The translations under genes were made by a program, and so were the position numbers. From NCBI RefSeq assembly GCF_964355755.1, contig NC_092671.1:32808304-32872303 (forward strand): 64,000 bases of DNA, in the 5' to 3' direction. Positions within the stretch are counted from its first letter, which is position 1. Every line of letters starts with the position of its first letter. Under the pieces are notes generated by a model. It searched no databases and was not told the DNA's origin. It worked only from the letters and a program-made list of their open reading frames with translations. Source of the DNA: Antedon mediterranea. Its lineage: Eukaryota > Animalia > Echinodermata. Below are positions 13,301-24,888 of this stretch, piece by piece.

Positions 13301-16059
13301 TGTTATTAATATAGCGATGCTCCTCCATTGGATCTATAGGCTAGACTATACTCTAGGCAGGTTTAAAGTCAAGCTTAGGCATGCCTATAATCATATTATA
13401 ACACTAGGCCTATGGTATGATATATGTTATAAGTTTCTCACCATTAAATGTATCAACAAGTTTCTGTAAACCCCCACTCTTCCAATAGCGCGTCCATGTT
13501 TTTCAGCTCCTTGTGCACTGCATGCACGTGTGTACCAGTAATGGTGTTGTCACGCCAAAATCATTACTCAGTCATTGGTTAAAAGTATAGGTTTCTTCCT
13601 TCACGTATTCCTTCGTATTAATCGCAATGTTTGGGCGATTATGTGTATTTACCCAACATATAGTCAGTCTTACGAAATTGTAAGCAAAGAACATAATAAA
13701 TGGGTAGATTTTACCCAACTTAAATGACACACGGGTGTACCAACGTTGGGCATTAATATCATTTAACCAACTGGAAATATTATGCATATTCTGGGCAAAA
13801 ATTTACCAACAAAAGGGGATAGTAAATTTACCCAGTATAGTTTACCCATATTTTTTACAGTGTGGTATTATTCACAAAGCTTGGTCTATTTTCTTTTTTC
13901 TATTTTTGACCTCTTGACCTACCTTGTAGATATCTCCCAATTTAGGCTATGTAGAGATGTTATGTCCCTGTGTCTGCCCAGTAACCAGCCTAGGATTTGT
14001 ATGCCTCAACATAGACAGGTTTGCCTACACAGAAGTTGGGGAAATGTTTTATCTGTAGTAAAATGTGATTGAAAAGTATTTGGTTATACTGTGTACGCAC
14101 TGTAATAGCTCTTATGAATCTTACTAATGAGAAAAAAAACACCCACATTACAGTTCTCCTTGCATGCTGTTGCTGCAAATTCTACGCACAATATCACCTA
14201 ACTCAGTCAAAATAATATAATTCAGTGTCTACAGTACTATTTGTTTAATCATAACTTTTTGTTTTGTTTACAGCTGAGGGGGAGCGGCCGGATACTACTA
14301 TCCCTATAAATAAAGCCGGAGCTTACTACAGCGTTGTCCGTACTAAGCTAAATGGTCACTCCTTGATATATAGTGCAGAGGTCGACTGCTGTGAAACCAG
14401 CGATCCTGAACTTCAACCTCCATTTAATTATGTGGAAATAAAAACAAACAAAATCGGGAGAAACAGACACAAATTTGTACATCCTTTTAAGTTATTAAAG
14501 TGGTGGGCCCAGTGTTTTTTTATTGGTATTCCCAAAATCATTGCTGGCTTTCGATCAGAACATGGGATTGTTGAACAAGCCGATGTGGAGACGTACTTAA
14601 CTTGCGATATACCTAAAATCGCTAATAAGGTAAATTTAAAAACACGACTTAATTTTCATGCTGATTATGGTTTCAGGACACTTAATTTATATTCTTGAAA
14701 CCTGGACTAACTTCACAGAGAAAGTCCAATACAAAAGTTAGTTCCCTTTCATGATATGACGGGACTTTTTCCATGCAATGTGATTTCTGTAATTGACTTG
14801 CAATAGTCAGTTACAATATATCTCCTGACTAACTCCTTAATCTGATGTTTTTATGTAAGAACACAATACTAAGATAGTCTTAATATTATGTGATTTATGC
14901 AATATCGTGTTAATAAATATTTTGTGGGTTTAACTATTCATTGTAGATAATTTAGTTAGGAATATTGAAAATAAATGTTAGGCCTACATAAGAAGCACCT
15001 TTAAGACAGTAATCTATTGTCATCCATGGTCAGTGTTTGTGTTGCGATAGTAATGATTTTGTTTAAATATCAAAGCAGTCCGTTTTAACTATTTCCAACT
15101 TTATGTACTTTTGTATTATATATAATTTCAGACAAAGCAGTTTTGGAGTCCGGAAGGATGTATGAATTTCTGCGACAAGTTCTTAAAATTTGTCAAAGAC
15201 GTAGTGAGAAGAGATGATCCAAAGTTAGTCAATCACATGTAGCTTCTTCTATAGCTTTCTTCTTTTTTTAAACATCATTTAGGAAATTTCCAAGGGTACC
15301 TTATTATAGGCCTCAACTAACTATCCTTACTGAAGGTCGTAATGGAGTTCACAAACATCAACCAATTATCGGTAGGCATATGTCTACATTTGTCCAGTAT
15401 CATAGGAACCGAATTCGAGCTCGAATCGCTTGCGATATATTTCTCAGGGCGCCGGACCGAATACGTGCGCGATGTGAAAGGAGATTTAACCTAACCTCCT
15501 AATCCATGCAATAATTATACTTCACAAAATTATTAATTGCATTACTGTATAGGTTGGGTAATCATCAGGAATAGTCCTGAACAGGGAGATGAGCGCCCCT
15601 GCCCACCGATGAGTTTCGGGATCCCTTTGACCCGGAGGGAGAGTACCCGTCAGGGTCCCTACCAAGGGTTACAGGTCCCAGGTTTTTAGTTGTTTTTAAA
15701 ATTAATTAGTGTTCCATGATTTTCTCATCAAAATTAACGTCTCTCATAAAATTAAGAAAAGCTGTGCTATGTCAACATAATGTCAATGACGGCGAAATGT
15801 CCCCAATAATGGGGATAGCTATGAAAACAAGTAAGTAAGTAATTAGCATACTGATTACTTCTTGATTTCGATCAGTTTAGTTGTACGTTACCTAACACAT
15901 TGAATGCGTATAAGATTATTGACAACTGTTTTTGGCTTTTCTTTCAGGGTTGTATATTTATTTGAACGTACTCCTGGTGGCAAGACGGTTACTTACAGGG
16001 AAGGCACAGCCGATGATATTTTTGTACCAGACTGGTATGCAAGTGAATTTGTAGGCTAA
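1339..16059 (+). CDS. DXO: DXO/Dom3Z/Rai1-family decapping and exoribonuclease protein, 5'-partial; exons 1339-1562, 14274-14629, 15132-15223, 15948-16059
   Basis: Spliced translation gives DFVCRRGHLGTIMYTPYKREGWKMA...GYKFEQ, then SAEVDC...YVEIKT...KLLKWWAQCFFIGIPKIIAGFR, then FWSPEGCMNFC..DDPK, then VVYLF..FVPDWY*. These match DXO motifs. All introns are GT-AG with compatible phases (1, 0, 2). The first exon(s) were not found in the window. Confidence 0.92.
1598..1713. mobile_element. Small MITE with 17-bp perfect inverted repeat
   Basis: CCGATTCTGCTACTGTC (1601-1617) / GACAGTAGCAGAATCGG (1694-1710). AATGAGT is duplicated on both sides (1591-1597, 1714-1720). Confidence 0.7.
2400..2722 (+). 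mobile_element. Probable 3' end of a LINE/SINE (L2/CR1-like tail)
   Basis: Stem GTGGCCCCAAA...TTTTGGGGTCAC followed by AATAAATAAATGAAATGAAA tail. Confidence 0.35.
2829..4124 (+). pseudogene. Orphan gene A of the nested cassette (exon 2829-2884 + exon 3530-4001/4124), no recognisable domain
   Basis: Strong Kozak GCCATGG at 2829, donor AAG|GTAAGC at 2884 and acceptor CAACAG|G at 3530 join in frame to an open ~157-codon stretch (HSRFNTFFNKYFRCCFC...HARVMS). In-frame TAG at 2844 and TGA at 3999. AATAAA signals at ~4215 and ~4235. Confidence 0.4.
3248..3317 (-). mobile_element. 5'-terminal fragment of the Helitron family seen at 54362-57216
   Basis: GGCGGAGATTTGTACCGAAG...TCAGAATTAACCATAATTTATAT matches 55928-55976 joined to 57195-57213. 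Confidence 0.8.
4276..6098 (+). pseudogene. Tyrosine-kinase-like protein kinase with ~270-aa unknown N-terminus; exons 4276-4347, 4501-5232, 5323-6098; 1-nt frameshift near 5468
   Basis: GT-AG phase-0 introns. LGKGSYGEV (Gly loop) and VAVK lie in one frame. HNDLATRNVL, DFG, HAPE, SDIYSLG and C..DPDRRP lie in another. One added C at GAAGCC^GTGGA restores ...LEARGQMML (alphaC). AATAAA at ~6136. Confidence 0.8.
6512..6836 (+). mobile_element. HINE/DINE-1-like element, copy 2, with ~230-bp internal AT-rich insertion
   Basis: ACAGCTCACTATGTCGGTCGGTTGGTCGG...TTGAGCACGC, interrupted, resumes TTGAGCACGCGACTGCAGCCATGTATATGGCCTTGTT. Confidence 0.65.
9195..9539 (-). pseudogene. C-terminal exon of an EnSpm-type accessory ORF
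   Basis: QPYILALG...HFVV..K....SLLKAVDVCYKAHFVLDCKY...W.FFE..IY pattern, typical of the second ORF of animal EnSpm elements. Preceded by an acceptor TTTTTCAG. Confidence 0.6.
9890..10047 (-). pseudogene. Transposase N-terminal C2H2-type zinc-finger remnant
   Basis: MLCFKC....LFNHLKYIH.....CSQDSCTTTF, truncated thereafter. Confidence 0.55.
10470..10578. repeat. Short tandem repeat, 3 copies of ~35-42 bp
   Basis: AGGCTACCTGTAGG(C/G)(C/T)AGTTCCT x3. Confidence 0.75.
11200..13249. mobile_element. Non-autonomous Mutator-like element (MULE)
   Basis: Long imperfect TIRs rich in GCGAGGCA / TGCCTCGC, G...C termini, exact 9-bp TSD GATTTTGGT (11191-11199, 13250-13258). Confidence 0.88.
11386..12212. 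repeat. Long diverged inverted repeat (fold-back element) inside the MULE
   Basis: ~11386-11670 is the reverse complement of ~11915-12212, e.g. CAATGTTCAATATTTT..TTTCTATGGA.CGCCAAAAGAGCAA vs TTGCTCTTTTGGCG.TCCATAGAAA..AAAATATTGAACATTG. Confidence 0.75.
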
Positions 16060-16265
16060 CCGAATGAACCGCAATAAAGACAGATTTTAAAAGAGGATTC
16101 ATAACTAACTTTTAAGAAAGCAACTAAAATATGCTTATGTAACGGTTTTCTGTGGTAACAATAATAGTAATAATACAACTTAATATATTGTTTGAGGTTT
16201 GCATGACGAAATAAAATGTTGATATAAAGTTTGCGGTACACCACGTATATAGTTCTGAAATTCTC

Positions 16266-16307
16266 ACTCCTGAGGACGATCAAAGCACATTGATCGAAAC
16301 GTCGTCA
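16266..16307 (+). ncRNA. Minimal type I hammerhead-ribozyme-like motif (Penelope type), probably degenerate
   Basis: CTGAGGA-C-GATCAA-AGCACA-TTGATC-GAAAC-GTC: conserved core, perfect stem II, palindromic minimal stem III. Stem I pairing is poor. Confidence 0.5.
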
Positions 16308-16331
16308 TTGTTGTCCAAATAATTATCAGGA

Positions 16332-16750
16332 TACCCATATTTATATTCACTCTAATTGAACATTTTCCCAAAAGTGAACGGAAATCCCTTTTCTGACCAC
16401 TGGTCAAGAAAATGGCCATATGCATATCTCAGCAACCCCTGGTCAGAAATTGATAATTTTAGTCTCAAATTACTCGCAATCTACTTGTATATGTTTGTAT
16501 TTTCTGTAATACAATAAGAATCATAAAAATGGCAATAAACGTTATTTTGACCTTAAATATTTGGCTTTTAACACATTTTACATATCTCAGAAACTGTTGT
16601 CAATATACTCAGAAGACCCGTATTTTTATTCACTCTAATGGAAAAAAGTGACCGCGAAACTCTGTTTTTTACCATTGGTCAAGAAAATAACCATATCTTA
16701 GCAACCACTGGTCAGAAAGTGTTTTTTTTTAAATCTCAAATTACTTGAAA
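16332..16750. repeat. Two diverged ~150-bp direct repeats
   Basis: ACCC.TATTT.TATTCACTCTAAT...TGGTCAAGAAAAT...AGCAACC.CTGGTCAGAAA...TCTCAAATTACT at ~16332-16478 and ~16616-16748. Confidence 0.65.
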
Positions 16751-18510
16751 CATGTTTGTTACTTTAATCACTTACTTTAATTATTTTTTTATTGATCCAA
16801 ACGAATAAGAAAGGCCTAATATACCTATGATACAGAACTATTATTTTATAAAAAATTAGAATTTCTGCCACCACAGTGAGTAAAAAGAAACATTTGCCAT
16901 GTGGAGCACATGGTCATTGTTGAAACAAGAAAAAAAACTAAGTAAGTTTCAACGTAACAAAAACACTGAATACTGCAAACTGTAGTTTCAGCATTTTAGT
17001 GTTACTACATGAACTGGACAGATAAGATACCAGTTTTATTTTATTATTGTGATTTTGTTTTGTCTTGATCAGCTGCCTACTAGGTAGGTGTGCAGGCCTG
17101 CGCCATTATGGTCCAAATTGCCTTGATAAATTAACATCCAGCAGTATTTAGGCCTACAGACAGTATGTTAGGTATCTGACATTGACTTTTAAGTGTTATG
17201 CTGAATATTGTGTATAATTCATACAGGTATATTTCATTCAAGCATTACAAATGAGTAACACCCTAAAACGTAAAACTGAATTACCCATTCAGACTCAGAC
17301 AATATTAAACTACATACGATCGTTAATAAAATGGACTAGGCCTAATTATTTATCTATGTCATCCCGACCGTGAGATTATTAGTCAATCAATCTGCTAGTT
17401 GGTGCAAACATCGCTACGGGAAATCAAATCAGTTTGATTTCACGCAACGACGAAAGACAAAAACACTGGAAAACACATTACAGTACAGCGCGTAGCCAAC
17501 AAGTAGGCATACGGTGGGGTTGAAGCAGGTCCAGTCTACGGCAACTGTAGTCTGGGTTCTAGACGGAGTTTTGTCTTAATATTAGTTAAAAGATAAATAT
17601 TTTGGCACATATGGCGTTTCATACGTATACTACTTGATTTTGGATACTCCGTCTGGGGAAACACGCACAAGTCACGTGGTTTGACACAAAGAATTCTTGG
17701 TGCATACGATTATCCGGTTTCAGCTGCATGCGATTGGCTACTCTCTCGTACACTGTTTAAATATTCATATTTCAGAATTTCAAAGACTCAACAACTAAGA
17801 TGATGCGCATGCGCTATGTTACGTTTAGACAATGTGTACTTGGGTACATTTATGAAAGTTCTGAAGGCTAGAAATTATTTTATATGCCTAGTAGTCTGGT
17901 AAACATTTGATGGGATCTTTGAAACATGAAAACTCGTCTTGATATATGATAGGCTAGCTTCTCCGCAAATCAAACATTGAATGGATCATTTATTACGCGG
18001 AGATAATTTTGATTTAATTCCCACCCAGACCCTGTCCTGTTCTGTGTGGTGGTGTAGCCCTGTTGTGTGCCGGTGGTATGTAGGCCTACTTCATTGGCGT
18101 TTTATTTGGCAGGTCATACGTGCGAGTTGAGTAGGACCTACGAAATCCGAGGCCTAGTCCAAGGACTAAACAATTAATAAACAAAACAACTTGGCATTAC
18201 TATTTTATATTTCAACAGTCTCGATCGTACATTAAGCACTGGTAGGCCTACGTACTCGATCTCTTTCATTTTGAAACAAAATGATCATTGGTTGATTCGA
18301 AATCCATATTTACATACCGCCCGCCCCATATAGCCAAATACGGTATGATAACCTACGTCATTCTTATCGTATGTTTGCGGTCTGCAAATCGATTTCTATA
18401 CGTGTTTCACAAGTCTGTATTTTCAGACAAAAATCGCGGTCGAAATAAAAACAAATAAATAAAAAAAAAAGATAATACAGACTTGGGGCAAGTCTACGGC
18501 AACTGACGTT

Positions 18511-20523
18511 GGCCCTGTTTCTGCTGCCAACTAAATACCGTATACAGACGTTCCAACCCTCCCGATTTATCTGGGAGTCTCCCGAATTTTAACATCACCT
18601 CCCGGTCTCCCGAATTTTAAATATATCTCCCGATTTCACACATTTCTATAAAATTCAGTATTATTGCATTCAATTAAAATCTATCTTCCCACGAAAGTTA
18701 ATATTGCAAATTAATTTAATCTCACACGTCGTACGTACCACCCCGTATGATACAACGAACATGTAATGTATGTAAAGATTGTATAGCATAGTACAGCCAT
18801 GGATGGTACAGCGTACTGTAAGGCGACGTCCTTTGTGTTTACCGACAGTACGCGATTCTTACCTTTAGCGATGAAGCTACAGTATCGCTTTATCAGTAGA
18901 GTAGGCGCACGTGTACTGAAACTTTTTCCTGGTTACAAGGTTGACCTAATTCCCATGCCCAGGGAAGGCATCATCGTCAGTGTAGTAGTACTATGCGACG
19001 TCCTTTGTGTTTACCGACAGTACGCGATGAATCTACAGTATCAGTAGTAGGCGCGCGTGTACTGAAATTGCTAGTTACAAAGTTCTTTGACCCAATTCCA
19101 ATGCCCAGGCATCGATCGTACCATCGTACAGTACTGTATGTATTCTCACTGCGCATGTACCGGAAAAGTACTTGTAGTACTGTATTTTGCGTACATACTT
19201 TCGCAAATTGCAATCACTCGTGACATTTTCTGGTTTTACAGTATGTCGGAAAAACGTAGTATAGTAGCGTAGTTTTAGAGACTAAAGAAAGTTGTAAAAA
19301 GAAAAAATATAAAACTAGATTTTCTAATGAATGGAAAAATACGTTTCCGTTTGTTAGTGCGAGTAATCAACACGTTACCGAGAGTGAATACAAGTTTTTT
19401 TGCACTATTTGTAACGTGAATTTGTCATGCTCACAGGGAGGAATCAACGATGTTGCTGTACACTCCAAGTTGTTTGTTTTAATTTGTATTTTTGTTAATG
19501 AATTAATACAACTAAGTACAGATTTGATTTGTACTGTGAATGGTTTTTTATTTAAGTGTATACAACAATATAAATTTAGTAAATAAAGTTTGATTTATAA
19601 TCACCAAACAAGTTCTTTTCTTTTTGTTTGTATTACTCTGATTTGCAAAGAGCTGTCTTAAGATTCGTGTTGGTAGTACAGTATAGTTTTATTATTGAAC
19701 GTTGGTGGCGACAGACATCACAGTGTTAACGTTGGTGGTGGTATACCCTCCCGATTTTTAATTCATTTAGGTTGGAACGTTTGCGTATATTATATTTGGC
19801 AGCAGAAACTGCGCTTATAAAAAATATACCGTATTTTGTATACCGTATTTTCCCCACAAAATTTGTGGATAAAATACGGTATTTACAAATTTATACCGTA
19901 TTTTTTGTACCCGTTTCTGCTGCCAATAAAAAATACCGTATTTTTTTTTTACATGACAAAAGGTCAACATTCGTGTTTTTATTTTCTGTCGCTGTCAGCT
20001 GCTTTTTCACACGTGTATATATATATTCGGCGAAAATGTGGAGCGAAGACGTCACAGTTTTACTAAATAAATGTGTGTGGGGAAGCTAAAATGTCTGGCC
20101 AACTAATAAAAGGGACAACCACATTTATAAAGACATTTCTAAAAAAATAAAGCAGGAGTATGGAATAGACTTGTCTCCAAAGCAAGTAAACTCAAAGCTG
20201 AAGAGCCTGCGAAAGCAGTACAACATTGCAAAATACAATAACTCGGGGAGGGAACGAATTAATTGTCCCCATTACGATGTTTTCTGTGCTCTCACAACAT
20301 CTCTATCACTAGGGCTAGGCTGTTGAAAGTGAGACGTAAAACCTCCTTTATTGCGACTTTTAATTATCGACCAAATAAATGAATGGCAATTTGGGTAAAA
20401 AAGATGAAATTTAACACGACCACCCAAGAAGTATTGTTAGCAGAAACGGGGTACTAAAAAATACGGTATAAAAAATACCGTATTTTATACCGTATTTTGA
20501 GCAGTTGCAGCAGAAACAGGCCT
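18511..20523 (+). mobile_element. PIF/Harbinger deletion derivative with Myb/SANT (trihelix) ORF remnant
   Basis: TIR GGCCCTGTTTCTGCTGC / GCAGCAGAAACAGGCCT, 3-bp TSD GTT, ATACCGTAT subterminal repeats. Broken frames at ~20036-20285 read MWSEDVTVLL..W...IYKDISKKIKQEYG..LSPKQVNSKLKSLRKQY..NNSGRERINCPHYD. Confidence 0.8.
18545..19783 (+). mobile_element. hAT-family deletion derivative nested in the Harbinger
   Basis: TIR CAGACGTTCCAACC / GGTTGGAACGTTTG, flanking CGTATA duplication, CTCCCG subterminal repeats. BED-like finger remnant at ~19295-19470: KYKTRFSNEWKNTFPF...FFCTICNVNLSCSQGGINDVAVH. Confidence 0.8.
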
Positions 20524-23500
20524 GTTGACGAACATAATGAACTGTCGCGTGTCATGATTAGTTCGCTTGCGTCTACATCTGTAGCAGCTGTAGCACAAGG
20601 ACGCAACGTAACGCAATCTACGCAACGTAAGAAAATGCCATTAGTTATTCAAACAATTAGTGTGCGTGCAAATAACACATTTAAGTAATCATCCAACATT
20701 TTGACAATAAATGTTGCAAACAAATGTTTCTTATTTACCTCGTTGTATCGTACTTTATTGATGCACATTTTTATTTAAGTAAATTTATTTCATATTATAT
20801 GCTGATAAGTCGAAACAGAAATAATAAAGTTTAAAAAAAAAACGTGCAAACACAATAATAACATATCTAAATTCCGAAACATTGTAAAACATAACTAGGA
20901 ACTATGTCAAATATTCCTTATTTATGTTACTTATTTGCATCGTTGAATTGTACTATTTTATATTTTTTTAAATGTTACCAAAGTTAAGCAATACAACTGA
21001 ATTCATATTAAATATCAAGTGAGATCAATCAAATTAGATTGTATTATTTTTAAAATATTAAAACATACCTTCCACAGTGATACTAAATAAACATAGAGCA
21101 AAGTTTTCATTTGAATCAGTTGCAGCGTATATTACAAGGTTATCACCTATTGGAAAAATACTTCTCGGGGCCATGGTAAAAATGATAATCGATATGCCGG
21201 AGTTATCCATTGCTGTGGGTTCAATCCACGACACATTAGCAGTTGGTAGTCCAGTAGTAGTGTTTACTGTGGTATCATTTGGACACGCATTGAAAACTGG
21301 TTCTTCATTATCTGATTATTATAATATCAATAAAAGCTCAGTTACATATCTAAGTAACTTAGTTAAAAAAATGTTTATATATTTTTAACAGAAAAGGAAA
21401 TGTAATTTATTTTAAACAATTGTCAATGTTACAAAAAACATCTAAGTATTAAAAAAAACACAAACATTTAGTAACAAAATTATTCTCGGAGTACACTCAA
21501 TACCTACTACATGGTGGAAGAAACTTCAGAACTTGGTTAATAAGTGGTTATTGTTGAAATTTATTATTTGAACATTTTCCAGGATAGAGAATGCATGTTT
21601 CAAAATCCTGTTTTGTTAACTAGAACCCACTGTACTCCTCAAATTAAACATTACCTGATGATAATCATAATTACTACTACTGTACTACTATGTAGATTTG
21701 CACCATGGAGTAAGTTTATTGGTCAACTCTGTCTAACGTAACTGTACAGGTTACTCAATTGTCAGTGCACGTACGTCAGAGTTGAACAAAACGTATTTCC
21801 TACCTTCAACAGTGATAACAAAAACACAGCTGTCATTGAAGTTACCAGATGAATCCGAGACATTGTACTGGACTGTTGTATCACCAATTGGAAACATAAT
21901 ATTACCAGAAGTGTAGTTTGATTCTAGCTAAATAATTTCTCCAGAGTTATCAGTAGCTGTAGGTTCAACCCATGTGACATTGATTGCAAATGCCTCACCA
22001 GTCGCTGTGTTAACAGTCATATCCATTGGACAATTGATAATATCTGGAGCTTCTTGATCTAAACGTTAATGAATTTTAAATGAACTGTGCAAAATTCATA
22101 ATATAACCTAAATATAAAATGATTAGGAAATTTTTAATCTGCCAAATAGACAGAACAATAAAATATGTTTATATCTAAAAACAGAATAGCATTGATGTAC
22201 GAAACTTCTAAAAAAAAAATATGCAAAAAAAACTTTCCAATCATGTTATATAAGATATATGAAAGAAAAATGATAAACCCTAAATAATTTATATTTTAGA
22301 CTAAACAAAGTAGATTTAAACTCTTCAATACGCACAAACAATATTGTCAGATTATTATCTGATAGGAATGAGATAATTATCGGTTAACTTTTAAGTTAAT
22401 CTCGAGCGGCCTTAGGTTGTTTCCGAAAACGTAACGTCAAATGTAGCAAACAAATAGCAAAAGATAAATGTTATTAACTAGTTGTCTTTTGATTTGAAAT
22501 ATTACACTTAAATAGTATTCAGATTCCAATATTAATCACATTAGGCTACATCAATCATATTTTTTATTTGGTTGTTAATGATACATTTACTAGATTCATA
22601 AATAAAGCTTTTATATACCTTCAATCTTGATGTTAAATTCACATGTGTCAAAATTACCAGAAGAATCAGTTGCTGTAAAGGTGATTGTGTGAGTACCGAT
22701 TGATATCATGTCACCTGACTCAAATGGTGATGACACCACAGTCACTGTTGCATTACTATTGTCACTTGCCAAAGGAGGATCCCATGTGACAGTGGCATTT
22801 GGACTTCCTTCATCTGTGCTAACACCAACTAGTCTATTATCTTCTCTAATATAATTGTTTGAAGTTATATTTTTTTGGGCATTCAATCATTGGGCGTTCA
22901 TTATCTATTAATAAAAATATAAGACATAGTCTTAAGGAAAACAATAAACATCAATAAAAGTATGTAGTGAGAGAAACATACTCAAACAACATGGATACAA
23001 ATGTTACAATATGTTAAATTGAATTAGTGGAAAAACTTATCTCAAGCGCCGGCAAATATGAAAACATAATTTAAACATGAAATGATTAAGAAATTGAAAC
23101 AAAAAGACGTGTCTATGACCAGCAGTAAAAAGATTAACATTACAATAAATAAATTACATACAAATAGTTGATCAATTAACAGAGAACTTATATTGAATAC
23201 ACAACAAGAAAAGCTGTTTTTATTTTTTTTTTCTATAGCCTACTTCGTTTAAAAGTACTTCCCGATTTTATTATGTAAATATTAATTTTTATGTTACTAT
23301 TCACAATTAACAAATCAAGTGGGTCTACATTAGTTTTATTATTTTCAGAAAAACAACTTACCTTCAACTGTTACAATAAATGAACAGATAGCAGTATTTA
23401 TTTTTGGATAGTCAAATGCTGTGTATATCACCAGGCTATCGCCTATTTGGAATATACTTCCTGATGTAATGATATTTATAAAAAATCTGGTGCCAGAATT

Positions 23501-24800
23501 GTCAGTTGCTGTGGGTTCTATCCAAGACACATTGGCAGTTGGTAATCCATTAGTAGTGTTTACTGTTGTATCGTTTGGACACTTTTTGATAATTGGATCT
23601 TCGTTATCTGATATAATAAAAAATATCAACTAGAGACACTTGTTCAATAGAACATGAACCAAGTCAGCAGAATTTCCGTTTAGTAAATTGTGTGGTAAAT
23701 TAACAAGGAAAAAAAAGTACTATTTTATGAAAATGCATTTATGAAAAAGAAATTAATGGTAGTCCTACTATGTGTTTGTAACAGAAGTATATTGTTTGAA
23801 TCAATCAACTGTTAACATGCTAATTTTAACCTGTTTTTTGTATAACTGCATCTTCCTGAGTGGTCTAACTTTATAGTTGTACCAAAGCATTAGCCTATTT
23901 CAGGATCATTTTAGTATTGCGCCTCACTCTTCTAAAAATAATACTAAACTACACTTTTTTTGACCTATGACCTTAAATCTTAGAACACCCCATAAGCTAG
24001 AAATTATTACCATTACGTAACCTTTGAAGCCCCGTAAATGGTCATAAATTGGTCATACTTCTAACATTTTAAGAAAATCAGAATCAAAATGTTGGCGGAA
24101 AGAAAGAATTGTACAGATACAAAATACAGTCAAGGCACTGATGGTAAAGAACAAAGAAAGAATTGCGCAGATACAGGTGAATATCAAACATGTTTTAATA
24201 CAGTTACATGATAGGCCTATATGTTTATTATATAATTTGCCCTCTTCACTAAAATTAAAAATGAACATACAATATATTATGTGGACAAACTATAACATAC
24301 AAGATGCCGCCACTATATTTTTGATAAACAACGTTTGCTAAATTTAAATTATCTACCTACAGTAGTGTGATAAAAACCTACCTTCAACAGTGATTACAAA
24401 ACTGCATCTTTCATTGTAGTTGCCAAATGAATCTGATACAATTGTACTGGACTGTTGTGTCGCCAATTGGAAACATATTATCACCGGAAGTGTAGTCTGC
24501 TACTGGTACAGCAGTCTCTCCAGAGTTATCAGTAGCTCTTGGTTCAACCCATGTGACATTGATTGCAAATGCCTCACCAGTTGTTGTGTTAACAGTCATA
24601 TTCATTGGACAATTGATAAAATCTGGAGATTCTAGATCTAGAAATGATAACAAGTATTATTATTATTTAATACTGGATATACTGAATCAAATTGTGAACA
24701 GTTATGAACTATTATCACAACATATGTTACGCTGCTCCTATTGGGTAGACATTGCGTATGGTTCCATGACTCTCGGTTGTCCGATAGTCTGCCATCTTCT

Positions 24801-24888
24801 AACAAGGCCATATACATGGCTGCAGTCGCGTGCTCAAGTTAGTGTTTACCGACCGACCGACCAATCGACCGACATAGTGAGCTGTAGA
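24801..24888 (-). mobile_element. HINE/DINE-1-like element, copy 3
   Basis: AACAAGGCCATATACATGGCTGCAGTCGCGTGCTCAAG...CGACCGACCGACC...CATAGTGAGCTGTA is the reverse complement of copies 1 and 2. Confidence 0.7.

Larger units (their letters stand above)
7540..13862 (-). mobile_element. CACTA/EnSpm (CMC) DNA transposon, internally deleted
   Basis: Terminus CACTGTAAAAAATATGGGTAAA (reverse complement ending 13862). CCAAC..TTGGGTA subterminal repeats at 13640-13860 and 7540-7830. Remnant N-terminal zinc finger and accessory-ORF C-terminus inside. The left TIR was not found. Confidence 0.65.

Noticed and set aside
13548-13561. TGTCACGCCAAAAT matching the reverse complement of the terminus at 824-837
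   Set aside because: It is an isolated 14-bp match without the subterminal repeats, and it faces the wrong way to enclose an element.
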